In this document: in pieces, positions 1 to 9,872 of the stretch
Numbering within the stretch: position 1 is the first letter of the stretch
Layout: each line of letters opens with the position of its first letter
Source of the DNA: a virus
DNA length: 64,000 nucleotides
IMG/VR virus record: IMGVR_UViG_3300045988_117041
Direction: 5' to 3' (one strand)
The notes under the pieces: model-generated
The model's input: only the letters and a program-made list of their open reading frames with translations
Told to the model about the DNA's origin: nothing
The model's database searches: none
Made by a program: the position numbers and the translations under genes

Positions 1-1425
1 ATTATGTTGCCACAGCTTGCCAATATGCCAATGTTCGCGGGAGACACAAGACTTGAAATGTTCAAAGACGGTCTCTGGGTTGGTATATTCGCACCCGGTA
101 AACGACAAGCAGAGATTACTTATAACCGTGTAAGACAGCGGTTGCAGTGTAAGACCGCATTAGCAGTAATGCAAGACCCGGAATTTAATCTATACTTCCA
201 CACGTCCAACGGGCAAACGTGTTCACTGTCTAACGGTTCTTTCGTTACGTGTATATCAGCGTCAGACCAGTCCAACATTGAGGGTGAATCTTTCAAACTT
301 ATTATATGTGAGGAATGTCAAGACATATCCAACTATAAGATTAGAAAGTCCATACACCCAATGGGCGCCGCTTATAATGCTACCATAGTTAAGATTGGTA
401 CTGCTACCACCTTTAAGGGTGATTTTTATGACGCTATACAGCGTAACAAGACCAACTACGAGCAGAAGAAAAAAGAGTACCGCAAGCGTGGCAGTAATAT
501 ATCTACACTTGTTCGGAACCATTTTGAGTATGACTATAAAGTGGCCGCTAAGTATAACCCTAAGTACGCCAAGTATGTTGAACAGGAAATGAAGCGTTTA
601 GGCGAAAACTCAGACGAGTTTAGAATGGCCTATAAACTAGAGTGGATTATCGAACGTGGTATGTTCGTTGATATAGATAAGTTTGAGGTTGCAAATGGTG
701 AACCAATGCTTGAACGTGTTTCTTATGACAAGAAAGCTAAACACGTTGCTGGTATAGACGTAGGTGGTAAGAATGACGATACCATTATCACCATAGTAGA
801 GGTAGACTGGTCTATGCCTGTTATCATGGAGGAACGTACAGAAGATTCCGGGCAAAGAATCATGTATGAAGCGTATAACACCTTTATTGTAGACTGGTGT
901 TGTATAGCAAATGAGCCGGATTATGAAATTCAGTACAACATGATAATACACTACTTAAACAATTTCTGGGTAGTCCGTGTTGTGTGTGACGCAACCAGAG
1001 AGGCAAGTTTGGCCCATAGACTAAGAGCAAATTTAAGGTGTGAAGTCATACCATACATTTTCACCACGGTGTCTAAGTCCGAACTGTACAAGCTGTTAGA
1101 CACAGAAATATCTTCCGGGCGCGCAAGAGTTCCATGCGGTGAAGCTACGAAAGAGACCAAAGAGTATAAGTCATTCATGAAGCAGTTAGGTGATTTACAA
1201 AAAGGCTGGTCTGGTGCGCACATGGTATGTTGCCACGGTTCCGGGAAAGACGACCATGATGATTACTGTGACAGTTGGGCTTTAGCTGTGTGGGGTGCTA
1301 GTAGTAAGGGAGAAGAAAATAACACAGAGACACGGGAAAATAAGTTCATGAAGAAGACACCAAACGAAAAGACCGCAAACAACAGACGTAATTGTTTGAC
1401 GGCGCGAAGAATGAGAAGGAGGTAA
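1..1425 (+). CDS. terL: Terminase large subunit, 5' end cut by window edge
   Basis: Frame is open to base 1. Walker-B-like FKLIICEECQD and a C-terminal acidic nuclease-type motif GKDDHDDYCDSWALAVW. Lies directly upstream of the portal gene. Confidence 0.8.
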   Translation: MMLPQLANMPMFAGDTRLEMFKDGLWVGIFAPGKRQAEITYNRVRQRLQCKTALAVMQDPEFNLYFHTSNGQTCSLSNGSFVTCISASDQSNIEGESFKLIICEECQDISNYKIRKSIHPMGAAYNATIVKIGTATTFKGDFYDAIQRNKTNYEQKKKEYRKRGSNISTLVRNHFEYDYKVAAKYNPKYAKYVEQEMKRLGENSDEFRMAYKLEWIIERGMFVDIDKFEVANGEPMLERVSYDKKAKHVAGIDVGGKNDDTIITIVEVDWSMPVIMEERTEDSGQRIMYEAYNTFIVDWCCIANEPDYEIQYNMIIHYLNNFWVVRVVCDATREASLAHRLRANLRCEVIPYIFTTVSKSELYKLLDTEISSGRARVPCGEATKETKEYKSFMKQLGDLQKGWSGAHMVCCHGSGKDDHDDYCDSWALAVWGASSKGEENNTETRENKFMKKTPNEKTANNRRNCLTARRMRRR

Positions 1426-1428
1426 CAA

Positions 1429-3021
1429 ATGAATAGTTTCAGCAGGACACTTGATAGTACACCGTCTTACTTATTAGACCCGGTGTTAAGCAGTGGTGAG
1501 TTGTCCACCAAACAGAAAGAAGACCTTGAAAACCAGATAAGAGCGTGGAACTTCTATAAGGGGTATCACTGGGAAGAACTGCCAGAGCAGGACAAACCAG
1601 AGATTACCGTGAACTACTGTAGAAAGTTCGTGGATAAGTATGTAGCGTTTGAGTTAGGTAATTCATTCACCATCACAGTGAACAAGAAGTTAGACGAAGA
1701 AGTGTTGACAGAAGATGGTGAAACACTGTTAGACTACCTTAACAACGTGTGGGTGAATAATAATCAATATGACCTAACCGTTGAGATAGGTCAGATGAAA
1801 GCAATCACCGCCAGAGCGTGGGTTCAAGTCCGTTTTGAAGAACCGGGAGAGTTTGAAGACCCATTCGGTTTTTATCCGAAGGGCCGCATAAGGTTGTTAC
1901 TTCATAACAGTAAGACAGTGTTTGCGGATTATGATGAACACGATAAGACAAAGCTGGTGAAACTTACTTTAATGTACTACTATGACACCTACACCTCAGT
2001 AGGTTTAACACGTAGACCCACACTGACTAAAGTCCAGTATAAGCAAGTATGGACTAAAGATAGTTGTGTTGTTACAGACAATGGTGTATCAAAGACCTAC
2101 CCTAATAGATATGGTATCATACCGTTTGTGCAGATAAAGAATTTAAGTGACGCAGACACCACCTGGGGACGTGGAGACCTTGATGATATTATTCCTCTTA
2201 ATATGGAAGTGAATCTTAAAAAGAGTGATATATCGGAAATCATTGAGTATCATTCCGCACCCATCACGATTGTGTATGGTGCAAAGATTGGTAGTCTTGA
2301 AAAGGGCGCGAATAAAATGTGGGGTGGTATACCCAAAGACGCGAAAGTACAGAACCTTGAAATGCAGAGTGAGTTAGGCGCGTCAAGGGCATATGTAGAC
2401 GATACCAAAGAGGAAATGTGCCAGATAGCAAGTGTACCTAGTCAGTCTTTAGGTGGTGCTACAGCTATCAGTAATACCAGTGGTGTTGCACTACAGTATA
2501 TCAACCTTCCGTTGATTGAGCAGGTGAAAATTAAGCGGCAGAATACACAGTCCGGGATTGAAGCAATAAACCGTTTAATAATTCTTATCAGTGAGATAGA
2601 GGGACTTATTGAACACCCTACGTCTGTTACTATCACAACGAAGGAAGAAGACGAAGTGACCGGGGAAATTATAGAGACCACAGAAACAGTCCCGGTGTCA
2701 AACAAAGAGTTCTACACAACGGAAGTAAGACTTCCAGACACCTTACCTAAAGATATGCTGTTAGAGTTACAGCAGATTCAGATGGAAATGAAGATGGGAC
2801 TTGAAGATAGACGCGGTGCTTTAATAAGACTTAAGAGAGAAGACCCGGAAGCTAGGATTAAAGCCATAGACAAAGACAGAGCAGAGCACCCAGATGTGTA
2901 TGGTATCAATCCGCAGATGGGAGAACAAGACCCCCAGTTGAACAGTGGGTTCACGAATGGACAAACACCTGTAGAGCAGGTAAGAACAGAAATAACAGGC
3001 AGTAACGGTATGTCTAATTAG
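1429..3021 (+). CDS. Portal protein
   Basis: 530-aa ORF 4 nt after terL with an AGGAGG SD. Size and position are typical of a portal. Followed by a terminator. Confidence 0.7.
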   Translation: MNSFSRTLDSTPSYLLDPVLSSGELSTKQKEDLENQIRAWNFYKGYHWEELPEQDKPEITVNYCRKFVDKYVAFELGNSFTITVNKKLDEEVLTEDGETLLDYLNNVWVNNNQYDLTVEIGQMKAITARAWVQVRFEEPGEFEDPFGFYPKGRIRLLLHNSKTVFADYDEHDKTKLVKLTLMYYYDTYTSVGLTRRPTLTKVQYKQVWTKDSCVVTDNGVSKTYPNRYGIIPFVQIKNLSDADTTWGRGDLDDIIPLNMEVNLKKSDISEIIEYHSAPITIVYGAKIGSLEKGANKMWGGIPKDAKVQNLEMQSELGASRAYVDDTKEEMCQIASVPSQSLGGATAISNTSGVALQYINLPLIEQVKIKRQNTQSGIEAINRLIILISEIEGLIEHPTSVTITTKEEDEVTGEIIETTETVPVSNKEFYTTEVRLPDTLPKDMLLELQQIQMEMKMGLEDRRGALIRLKREDPEARIKAIDKDRAEHPDVYGINPQMGEQDPQLNSGFTNGQTPVEQVRTEITGSNGMSN

Positions 3022-3028
3022 TGCGATT

Positions 3029-3062
3029 GAACACCTTCCAAGTGAGGGTGTTCTTTCTTTTT
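3029..3062 (+). terminator. Rho-independent terminator after portal
   Basis: Stem GAACACC (3029-3035) pairs with GGTGTTC (3047-3053), followed by TTTCTTTTT. Confidence 0.6.
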
Positions 3063-3075
3063 ATAGTCAAACCTC

Positions 3076-3104
3076 TTTACAACACCGTAAAATAATGGTA
3101 TCAT
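3076..3104 (+). promoter_or_regulatory. Sigma-A-type promoter for the head operon
   Basis: TTTACA, 17-nt spacer, TGgTATCAT (extended -10). Confidence 0.45.
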
Positions 3105-3143
3105 AACTGACATACAATAAACCATATGGAGGTAGAAGTAAAA

Positions 3144-3944
3144 ATGTATAAAGGACTTGTACAGAAAGCAGAAGATACTGTTAAAAGACTGATTGACAAG
3201 TTGGTTGTTGGAATGACCCTGGACGTATTCGCAGAAGGTGAGGAACCCGCGAAGACTGAACCGCCCGCAGACCCGGCCCCTGTTACTGCTCCCGCTCCGT
3301 CCGTTGACATTGCCGCTCTCATAGCGCAGGTAAGGACAGAGGAAAAGAACAAGTTATATCCTCAGATTACAAAACTCAAAGAGGAAGTAGCAAAGTATAA
3401 AGGTCTTTACGAGACAGTGACCGCCGAGAAGGTTGAGTTAGGGAAAGAGGTCAAAGCACTCAAAGAAAAGCTAGAAGGTGTTGAAGACCCGGAGTTAATC
3501 CAGACCTTGAACGCCAAGATTGCGGAACTTGAAGGTAAACTTGCAGAGAAACCGGACGAAACTGCTATTCGTGCAGAGATTCGCGCTGAACTGGAAAAAG
3601 AGCAGGAGGTTAAAGACTACATAAAGAAGGTCAAGGACGAGAACAGTAATGTTCTGCTTTCAGTGTTTGCGGACAACATCAAAGGAACTACAGTAGAAGA
3701 AGTGGACACTGCTTTAGCGGACGCTATTGAGAAGTCCAAGAAGACCCGCAAAGATTTAGGTCTGCCAGAGGAAGGTACTGCTACTAAGAAGACCAACACC
3801 AAGAAGCAGACCACCGAACAGCCCCCAGTCGCTAACCCGCAGGTTACTACTACGTCCCCGGCAGTAGCATTAAGTGTTCTTAAGAACATGGACGTGCGTT
3901 CTGACGAGTACAAAGAGTACCGCAAAAAGATGGGATTTAAGTAA
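3144..3944 (+). CDS. Scaffolding protein
   Basis: E/K/A-rich coiled-coil sequence with a Pro/Ala linker EPPADPAPVTAPAPS. Lies between portal and capsid. ATG 3144 follows GGAGG; the track start at 3126 has no SD. Confidence 0.65.
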   Translation: MYKGLVQKAEDTVKRLIDKLVVGMTLDVFAEGEEPAKTEPPADPAPVTAPAPSVDIAALIAQVRTEEKNKLYPQITKLKEEVAKYKGLYETVTAEKVELGKEVKALKEKLEGVEDPELIQTLNAKIAELEGKLAEKPDETAIRAEIRAELEKEQEVKDYIKKVKDENSNVLLSVFADNIKGTTVEEVDTALADAIEKSKKTRKDLGLPEEGTATKKTNTKKQTTEQPPVANPQVTTTSPAVALSVLKNMDVRSDEYKEYRKKMGFK

Positions 3945-3974
3945 ACCACAACACCAAGGAGGTAAAGATTTAAC

Positions 3975-5039
3975 ATGAAGAAAAACAAGTTATTTAACAG
4001 TGTAGCAGACATTCTGACGGGTCTGTTTACTATGGACGTACACGCCGAAGGAATGGTTGCTACAGCAGTGGTAGAAACAGATAACAATTCCGCCGCTGAT
4101 AAGCTGGACTACGGCACTCGTGAAGTATGGTCTAAAGAGATTGAGTACAAGGCCATGCCTTTGATGATGTTCTATCAGTTCGCCACGATTAAGACAGAGT
4201 TAGGAGTTGAGCCGGGACTTACCATCAATATGCTGACCTGGGACAACCTTAAGCTGGGTGGTGCTTTAACTGAGTTGACGGACATGAAGACCCAGGCGTT
4301 AAGCAATTCCTTGAAGCAGATTACCGTACAGGAATACGGCAATGCTGTAAGTGCTTCTGAACTGCTTATCCGTTCTTCTTTCCTGGACGTTATGCAGAAC
4401 ACCACTACCCTGTTAGGACGTGACTACGCCCTTGTCCTGGACACCGAGTTAAGAGACTGTGCGTTGACTGGTATGAACCGTGTGTATGCGTCCAGAGGTG
4501 ATGGCACCAAAGTGGCCGCAAGAAAAGACCTGGACGAGACCTGTAAGCTGAAAGTTGCCACCATCAAAGACTGTATCGAGATTCTGGCTACTAACAATGC
4601 ACCTATGTACAACGGTACTGACTGGATTTGTTTCGTACACCCACATCAGGCCAGAGATATTCGTGACGACGCCGCATGGATTAACACCTCCAATTATGGT
4701 GCACCTACACTTCCGTTCACTGGGGAAATTGGTCGTATTGACAACACACGTTTCATCCAGACTACTTTAATGTGCAATGGTGCCGCACCTGAGGACGACC
4801 CTGGCTACAAAGCTGAGCTTAAGAAAGGTGCCGGTGATGGTGGCTCTCAGAATAAGACTAATATATATCAGGCAGTTATTTTTGGTGAAGCTTACTATGG
4901 TCTTGCACAGTCTTTACCTGTCGAACTAAGAGATAATGGTGTAGAAGATTTTGGGCGTAAGAGAAGCCTTGCATGGTACTCCATCTTTGGTGTTGGCAAA
5001 CTGCATGACAACTACGGTGTTGTAATCGAGACCGCATAA
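3975..5039 (+). CDS. Major capsid protein
   Basis: 354 aa with SD AAGGAGG. Directly follows the scaffold gene, in the canonical position and size range. Confidence 0.75.
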   Translation: MKKNKLFNSVADILTGLFTMDVHAEGMVATAVVETDNNSAADKLDYGTREVWSKEIEYKAMPLMMFYQFATIKTELGVEPGLTINMLTWDNLKLGGALTELTDMKTQALSNSLKQITVQEYGNAVSASELLIRSSFLDVMQNTTTLLGRDYALVLDTELRDCALTGMNRVYASRGDGTKVAARKDLDETCKLKVATIKDCIEILATNNAPMYNGTDWICFVHPHQARDIRDDAAWINTSNYGAPTLPFTGEIGRIDNTRFIQTTLMCNGAAPEDDPGYKAELKKGAGDGGSQNKTNIYQAVIFGEAYYGLAQSLPVELRDNGVEDFGRKRSLAWYSIFGVGKLHDNYGVVIETA

Positions 5040-5053
5040 GAAGGAGGTACACA

Positions 5054-5284
5054 ATGGCCTATTCGTTAGCAGAAATTAAAAGAGCGTGTTTATACGCTGG
5101 CACTAAGCCGGACGATTTAGCAAAAATCATCAACACTTTGCAGACCAGCGGAACACCCGGTGTAGGTGTAAAGACCATTACAGGTACGATTGACGCGAGT
5201 AATAAACTTACGTTGACTTTTACACTGACCGATAACACTACACAGACCGTTGAGGGTACTATCACACCTACACCAGCGGCTTAA
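5054..5284 (+). CDS. Small head-associated protein (possible decoration protein)
   Basis: 76 aa with SD GAAGGAGG. Thr-rich beta-type C-terminal half. Lies directly after the capsid gene. Confidence 0.5.
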   Translation: MAYSLAEIKRACLYAGTKPDDLAKIINTLQTSGTPGVGVKTITGTIDASNKLTLTFTLTDNTTQTVEGTITPTPAA

Positions 5285-5318
5285 AATTTGAACGAGAAGC
5301 AGAAAGGAAGGACGTATC

Positions 5319-5780
5319 ATGGCAAAGCCACCCAGGAGAAAAGTTCCAGCACCAAATACCAACACCACAGGAGAAGCATACGTTGACGACACAGAGTTAG
5401 AAGACGGTGCCGACAATGTAGAAGATACCATCACAGAAGGATTTTCCGAAGATACAGCAGAAGACGGGGAAGTAGCCCCCGCCGTAGAAGACATCGAAGA
5501 CGAGACAGAAGCCGAGACTGGCGTTACCTTTAACTACCCCACTATGGAAGAAATGGATGAGGAAGAAGACGAAGACACAGAGACCGAAGCTAGTGTTCAC
5601 TTTGTAGGTTCTACACCTAAGAAAGACACCCCGGACGCACTTGTCAAAGTCCGTATTTCCTGTCACAAGCAGTTTGTAGTCGGCGGTGAGAGGTATGATA
5701 TGTACCCCGGAAAGACCTACCTTGTTCCCAAGAATGTTAAAGACGTTTTGCGGGAGAATGACCTGTTAAGACCTCTTTAA
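5319..5780 (+). CDS. Hypothetical, highly acidic protein
   Basis: 153 aa with an SD. The N-terminal ~100 aa are rich in D/E/T (EDGADNVEDTITEGFSEDTAEDGE...). Confidence 0.55.
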   Translation: MAKPPRRKVPAPNTNTTGEAYVDDTELEDGADNVEDTITEGFSEDTAEDGEVAPAVEDIEDETEAETGVTFNYPTMEEMDEEEDEDTETEASVHFVGSTPKKDTPDALVKVRISCHKQFVVGGERYDMYPGKTYLVPKNVKDVLRENDLLRPL

Positions 5781-5801
5781 TCAAGTAAGAAAGGGGAAGT
5801 A

Positions 5802-6617
5802 ATGACTGTAAAAGACCTTATTGATTATCTGAGGTTATCAGTCAGTGTTTCTACCCCAGGTGATGTTGTGGAAAGTACGGACTTCTTAAGCATGACTGAT
5901 GAAGACCTAACCCTGTTCTTGCAGATTGCAATGACAAGGGACTTTCCACAGATACCTACTTTGGAACGTTTACCTGCTGAGAGTGTCTACCCGTTAATGT
6001 TGCTTGCTAAAAAGGAGTTGTACTACACCATGGCGTGTAAGTTCGCACCCCAGTTTAGTTTAGTGGCAGACAATAACAACCAGTTAATGAGAAAAGGTAA
6101 ATTTGACTCTATTATGAAACTTATTGCGCAAGTTGATAAAGAATATCAAGATTACCTTGAAGACGGTGGAGGGAGTGGAACAAATGGAACACTATCAACT
6201 TATAATGTACTGTTACCGAGTAGGTACGACACCAAGTACAATTATGAGCATGGTTCCGTTCCATTCCCTCTTATTTATGTAGACAGGGTGTATGAGGACA
6301 AAGTAGAAATTAGCTGGACGTGCTCGTTTAGCAAATTCGCTTGTTACCGTGTGTATTTTTCCAGCAAACCCATTGTTGACAAGTACGCCGGGAGCAAGAA
6401 TTTAATCACCACAGGTTCAACACTGATTAAGACCATCAAGGACGTACACCAATGTAAGTGTCGTATAAGTAACCTGTTACCGGGTACTGAATACCACATT
6501 GCTGTAGCGGGTGTTGAAATGAGCGGGTTAATTGGTGCAGATGAAGTAACAATAAACACACTTCCCACAGTACAGGACGTAGAGCCGTTAGTTGACTATA
6601 CGGACGTTAGTATTTAA
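5802..6617 (+). CDS. Head-tail connector (gp6-like N-terminus) with a C-terminal FN3-like domain
   Basis: N-terminus DLIDYLRLS...DEDLTLFLQIAM resembles gp6-type connectors. C-terminus VEISW...YRVYF...LLPGTEYHIAVAGVE fits the FN3 pattern. Confidence 0.5.
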   Translation: MTVKDLIDYLRLSVSVSTPGDVVESTDFLSMTDEDLTLFLQIAMTRDFPQIPTLERLPAESVYPLMLLAKKELYYTMACKFAPQFSLVADNNNQLMRKGKFDSIMKLIAQVDKEYQDYLEDGGGSGTNGTLSTYNVLLPSRYDTKYNYEHGSVPFPLIYVDRVYEDKVEISWTCSFSKFACYRVYFSSKPIVDKYAGSKNLITTGSTLIKTIKDVHQCKCRISNLLPGTEYHIAVAGVEMSGLIGADEVTINTLPTVQDVEPLVDYTDVSI

Positions 6618-6629
6618 GGGGGTGTTGTC

Positions 6630-7052
6630 ATGGCACAAGACCTGTCCATACAGAAAGCGTTTCTTGACGGCATGAAAGAGTTGTGGGACACAGTATTCAC
6701 AACTGTAGACCTAGTTCTCCTGGACACAGACAACACCATCATAAATGAAGTGTATAGCGAAGTCGTGGGAGATAAAATATACTTACCACCTTTAACGTTA
6801 CCAGCGAAGGTAGATTTATCGTTGCATAAACTGAGTGACGATACAGAAGGTAAAAGTTATAATGCAACGTTTAGATTCCCCACAAAGGTATTTTTAGACA
6901 ATAACATTGACCTATCTGTTAAGGGACTTGATACATTGCGGAAAGCAAAGATTGAGTACCAAGGTGCAGGGTATGAGATTCAAGACATAAAGCCACAAAC
7001 AAATATACAAGGTGTGTATCTGTTCTATCAGTTCTTATGCAACGAGGTGTAG
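6630..7052 (+). CDS. Hypothetical head-tail joining protein
   Basis: 140 aa with an SD, located in the neck module. Confidence 0.5.
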   Translation: MAQDLSIQKAFLDGMKELWDTVFTTVDLVLLDTDNTIINEVYSEVVGDKIYLPPLTLPAKVDLSLHKLSDDTEGKSYNATFRFPTKVFLDNNIDLSVKGLDTLRKAKIEYQGAGYEIQDIKPQTNIQGVYLFYQFLCNEV

Positions 7053-7054
7053 CC

Positions 7055-7540
7055 ATGGCGAATACAGTGAGTTTCAAAAAGACTGGACAGTGGCAGAAAG
7101 CGGGTGTTGTGTTAAAGCATACTAGCGCAAGACTGAATCCCGCATTTAAAGCCAAGCTGTACGAGAACGGGGACATGATACTTGAACGTATCAAAGGACA
7201 CATAGACGCACAAGACCTACCGTGGACACCATTAAGCCAGCAGACAATACAACGTAAAGGTCATGACACAATTTATGTAGAAACCGGGTTTTTAAGGGAT
7301 AACTTAGAAGTCCGAAAAGTAAAGTCTACGACATATGGTGTTACACTGTTTGTAGGTGCAAGCGCGTGGAAAAGAACACCAAAGGGTGTTAAACTAAGTG
7401 ACCTAATGATATGGTTAGAGTATGGCACATCACGTATACCGCCCAGACCCTTAATAAGACCCACGTTTGAAGAAGTGGAAGGACTTATTAAAAATGAGTG
7501 GGCCGACCTATTAAAAGACATAGTAGAAGGGAGGGTGTAA
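7055..7540 (+). CDS. HK97 gp10-like head-tail joining / tail-completion protein
   Basis: Motif IYVETGFLRDNLEV matches the dTGnLrnS signature. ATG 7055 follows an SD; the track start at 7037 overlaps the previous gene. Confidence 0.6.
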   Translation: MANTVSFKKTGQWQKAGVVLKHTSARLNPAFKAKLYENGDMILERIKGHIDAQDLPWTPLSQQTIQRKGHDTIYVETGFLRDNLEVRKVKSTTYGVTLFVGASAWKRTPKGVKLSDLMIWLEYGTSRIPPRPLIRPTFEEVEGLIKNEWADLLKDIVEGRV

Positions 7541-7595
7541 CATCATAGCAGAGTATTTCCCTAATACTGTAGACAGACAAGAAATTGACCGGGCC

Positions 7596-8144
7596 TTGAT
7601 TGAATACATCAAGTCCAAAGTCAAAGTGAACGGTAAGATTATAAATGTGTTTGTGCGCAAGTATGACACAGATTTTAAGAAGGTAACTAAACCGTGTGCT
7701 TCTGTCTATGTCACCGGGTTTACAAAAGACCCAACAAGACAATCACCATTCGGCACTGAAATAGTGTTAGGCAAAGATAAAGTGAATAAGACCGTATCAA
7801 TGCAGAAAAGCGGAACCGCAGTAGAATACACCTACAGCATTGACTTCTGGTCTGATACACAGAGCGAGTTTAACATAATGACAGAGCAGTGGTTGTTGTC
7901 CAGCAGTTTCAGTAAATGGTTTAATCTTCCCGTGAAAGACAGCAAAGGACTTGATACAACGCTTTTGTGTTTAGAGCGCACAGGTGTTATATCACAGACA
8001 GAGGTGGAAGAAAATAAAGAAGCAGATAACTACAGGTTGTTCCATAGTTCACAAGTGTACAGTATATACACCTACTATGAAGGTGAAGTATATGACGCAC
8101 CTATGGTAACAGACGTTTCATTTGACACGGAGGTATTAAAGTGA
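7596..8144 (+). CDS. Hypothetical neck/tail protein, start uncertain
   Basis: 182 aa from TTG 7596. The frame is open from 7527 and a strong SD sits at 7526-7535 (see findings). Confidence 0.5.
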   Translation: MIEYIKSKVKVNGKIINVFVRKYDTDFKKVTKPCASVYVTGFTKDPTRQSPFGTEIVLGKDKVNKTVSMQKSGTAVEYTYSIDFWSDTQSEFNIMTEQWLLSSSFSKWFNLPVKDSKGLDTTLLCLERTGVISQTEVEENKEADNYRLFHSSQVYSIYTYYEGEVYDAPMVTDVSFDTEVLK

Positions 8145-8356
8145 TTGTAAGAGAGATTAAGGGTTGCTATCACTGTATCACGCTTTCCGACAAGACCACG
8201 TTAAGGTTATTTCCCCGTAAGACCGTAGAAGTCGCGGACGCTCTTGTATCTAAAGAGATTCACGACCTTGAAGACGCGGGCGAAGTGATGTTAAGTGCTT
8301 CACCGAAGAAAGCACCAGTACAGAATGACGACAACAAAGAAGGAGGTAAGAAATAA
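8141..8356 (+). CDS. Hypothetical protein
   Basis: 71 aa with a GTG start after a GGAGG SD. Overlaps its neighbours by 4 nt and 1 nt, consistent with translational coupling. Confidence 0.5.
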   Translation: MIVREIKGCYHCITLSDKTTLRLFPRKTVEVADALVSKEIHDLEDAGEVMLSASPKKAPVQNDDNKEGGKK

Positions 8357-9855
8357 TGGCAGGAGAGTATTTAACACCGCAGGTCAAAGTTATCAACACT
8401 AAGACCTCAAAGTCCCCCAACAAGGGTTCCAGTGCAACTACTGGTGTTCTGATTGGTGTTACGCAGAGAGGGCCGATTGGTGTTCCCACGAAAGTGTCGT
8501 CCTGGGAAGAATACATTGAGAAGTTTGCTTATGGCATGGAAACACCGTTCCTGGTGGACAGCTACTTAGCATACTCCGTGTATGGCTTTTTCCAGAACGC
8601 CAACGCTGTGTTGAACGCGGGCGAAGTGAGTAAGGGTGCAGACCTTTATATCATGCGTGTAGCGTCCACTACTGCAAAGGCTTCTACATTCAGTGCAACG
8701 TCCGATGAATCACCTTTGGTTATCAATGCCAAAGACAAAGGTAAGTGGGGCAATAAAGTCAAAGTCGTGTTACAGGTGAACAAAGAAGAATCTACACTGG
8801 TTGACTGTATCGTGTATATCGGTGCTGAGAAGAAAGAGCAGTTTTCCCGGCTGACAAAGACAGCCTCCAGTCCCAAGTTCTATGAGACCTGGATTAACGA
8901 TAACAGCCAGTTTATCAATGTAGTTGCTGGCAACTTTACAGCGAACACCTATGACACAGCCTTTGCACTCGCTGGTGGTACTGATGGCACCGAAGATTTA
9001 ACAGACGAGATTTACAAAAGTATGCTTGTGAACCTGGACGAGATTGAAGACGCAAGACCTATCGCAATTCCGGGAGAGACAAGCGAAGGTCTCACCACAG
9101 CTTTGATTGACTATTGTAGTAACCGTAGAAACGGAGACCTGTTCCCTGTACTTGATGGTGCAAAGACAGCAGACGTTGACGCAATCAAGACGTACAAGAC
9201 AGCTATTGCTGGAACGCCCGGTGCTTTGTACTATCCGTGGTTGAAAGTGTCTGACCCGCTGTCCGTGTCTTCCAGTGCTACCATTGATTGTCCTACCTGC
9301 GGTCATGTGATGGGTGTCATTGCAAGAATCGCTAACAGTCGTGGTGTGTGGAAAGCACCTGCCGGGACAGAAGCCGTAGTCGTAGGTGCTGTAGGTCTTA
9401 CCCGTAAGTTAAAGATTGGCGAAGACACAGACCAGTTAAGCCCTAACGGTATCAACGCTATCCTTGTTAAGCCAGAGTACGGCATTGTTGTATGGGGTGC
9501 AAGAACAATGGACAGCGAAGATATGGAGTATGTGTCCGACCAGTTGTTTAATATGTACTTAAGAACCACGCTGGACACACAGACACAGTGGGCCGTGTTT
9601 GAGCCGAACAAGGCAATTACCAGAACCAAACTTTCCACCCAGGTTGAAGGTATCATGTATGACCTGTTCAAACAGGGTGCTTTTGCTGGTGAAGCAGAAG
9701 ACGGTTCTGATAGTTATTTTGTGCAGTGTGATGATTCCATCAATACCCAGCAGGTCATTGATAACCACAAGATTGTGTGTAAGGTGGGTTACGCACTTTC
9801 CAAGCCAGCAGAGTTTGTGGTGTTCTACCTGTCCCACAACTTAGAGACACAGTAA
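8356..9855 (+). CDS. Contractile tail sheath protein
   Basis: 499 aa. The C-terminal motif PNGINAILVKPEYGIVVWGARTM is typical of sheath proteins. Followed by the tube gene. Confidence 0.85.
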   Translation: MAGEYLTPQVKVINTKTSKSPNKGSSATTGVLIGVTQRGPIGVPTKVSSWEEYIEKFAYGMETPFLVDSYLAYSVYGFFQNANAVLNAGEVSKGADLYIMRVASTTAKASTFSATSDESPLVINAKDKGKWGNKVKVVLQVNKEESTLVDCIVYIGAEKKEQFSRLTKTASSPKFYETWINDNSQFINVVAGNFTANTYDTAFALAGGTDGTEDLTDEIYKSMLVNLDEIEDARPIAIPGETSEGLTTALIDYCSNRRNGDLFPVLDGAKTADVDAIKTYKTAIAGTPGALYYPWLKVSDPLSVSSSATIDCPTCGHVMGVIARIANSRGVWKAPAGTEAVVVGAVGLTRKLKIGEDTDQLSPNGINAILVKPEYGIVVWGARTMDSEDMEYVSDQLFNMYLRTTLDTQTQWAVFEPNKAITRTKLSTQVEGIMYDLFKQGAFAGEAEDGSDSYFVQCDDSINTQQVIDNHKIVCKVGYALSKPAEFVVFYLSHNLETQ

Positions 9856-9872
9856 GAAGGAGGATAAAGCAA

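Noticed and set aside
1820-1831. A tRNA T-arm-like motif, GGGTTCAAGTCC.
   Set aside because: It lies inside the portal coding frame with no flanking acceptor or anticodon stems. I found no convincing tRNA in any intergenic region.
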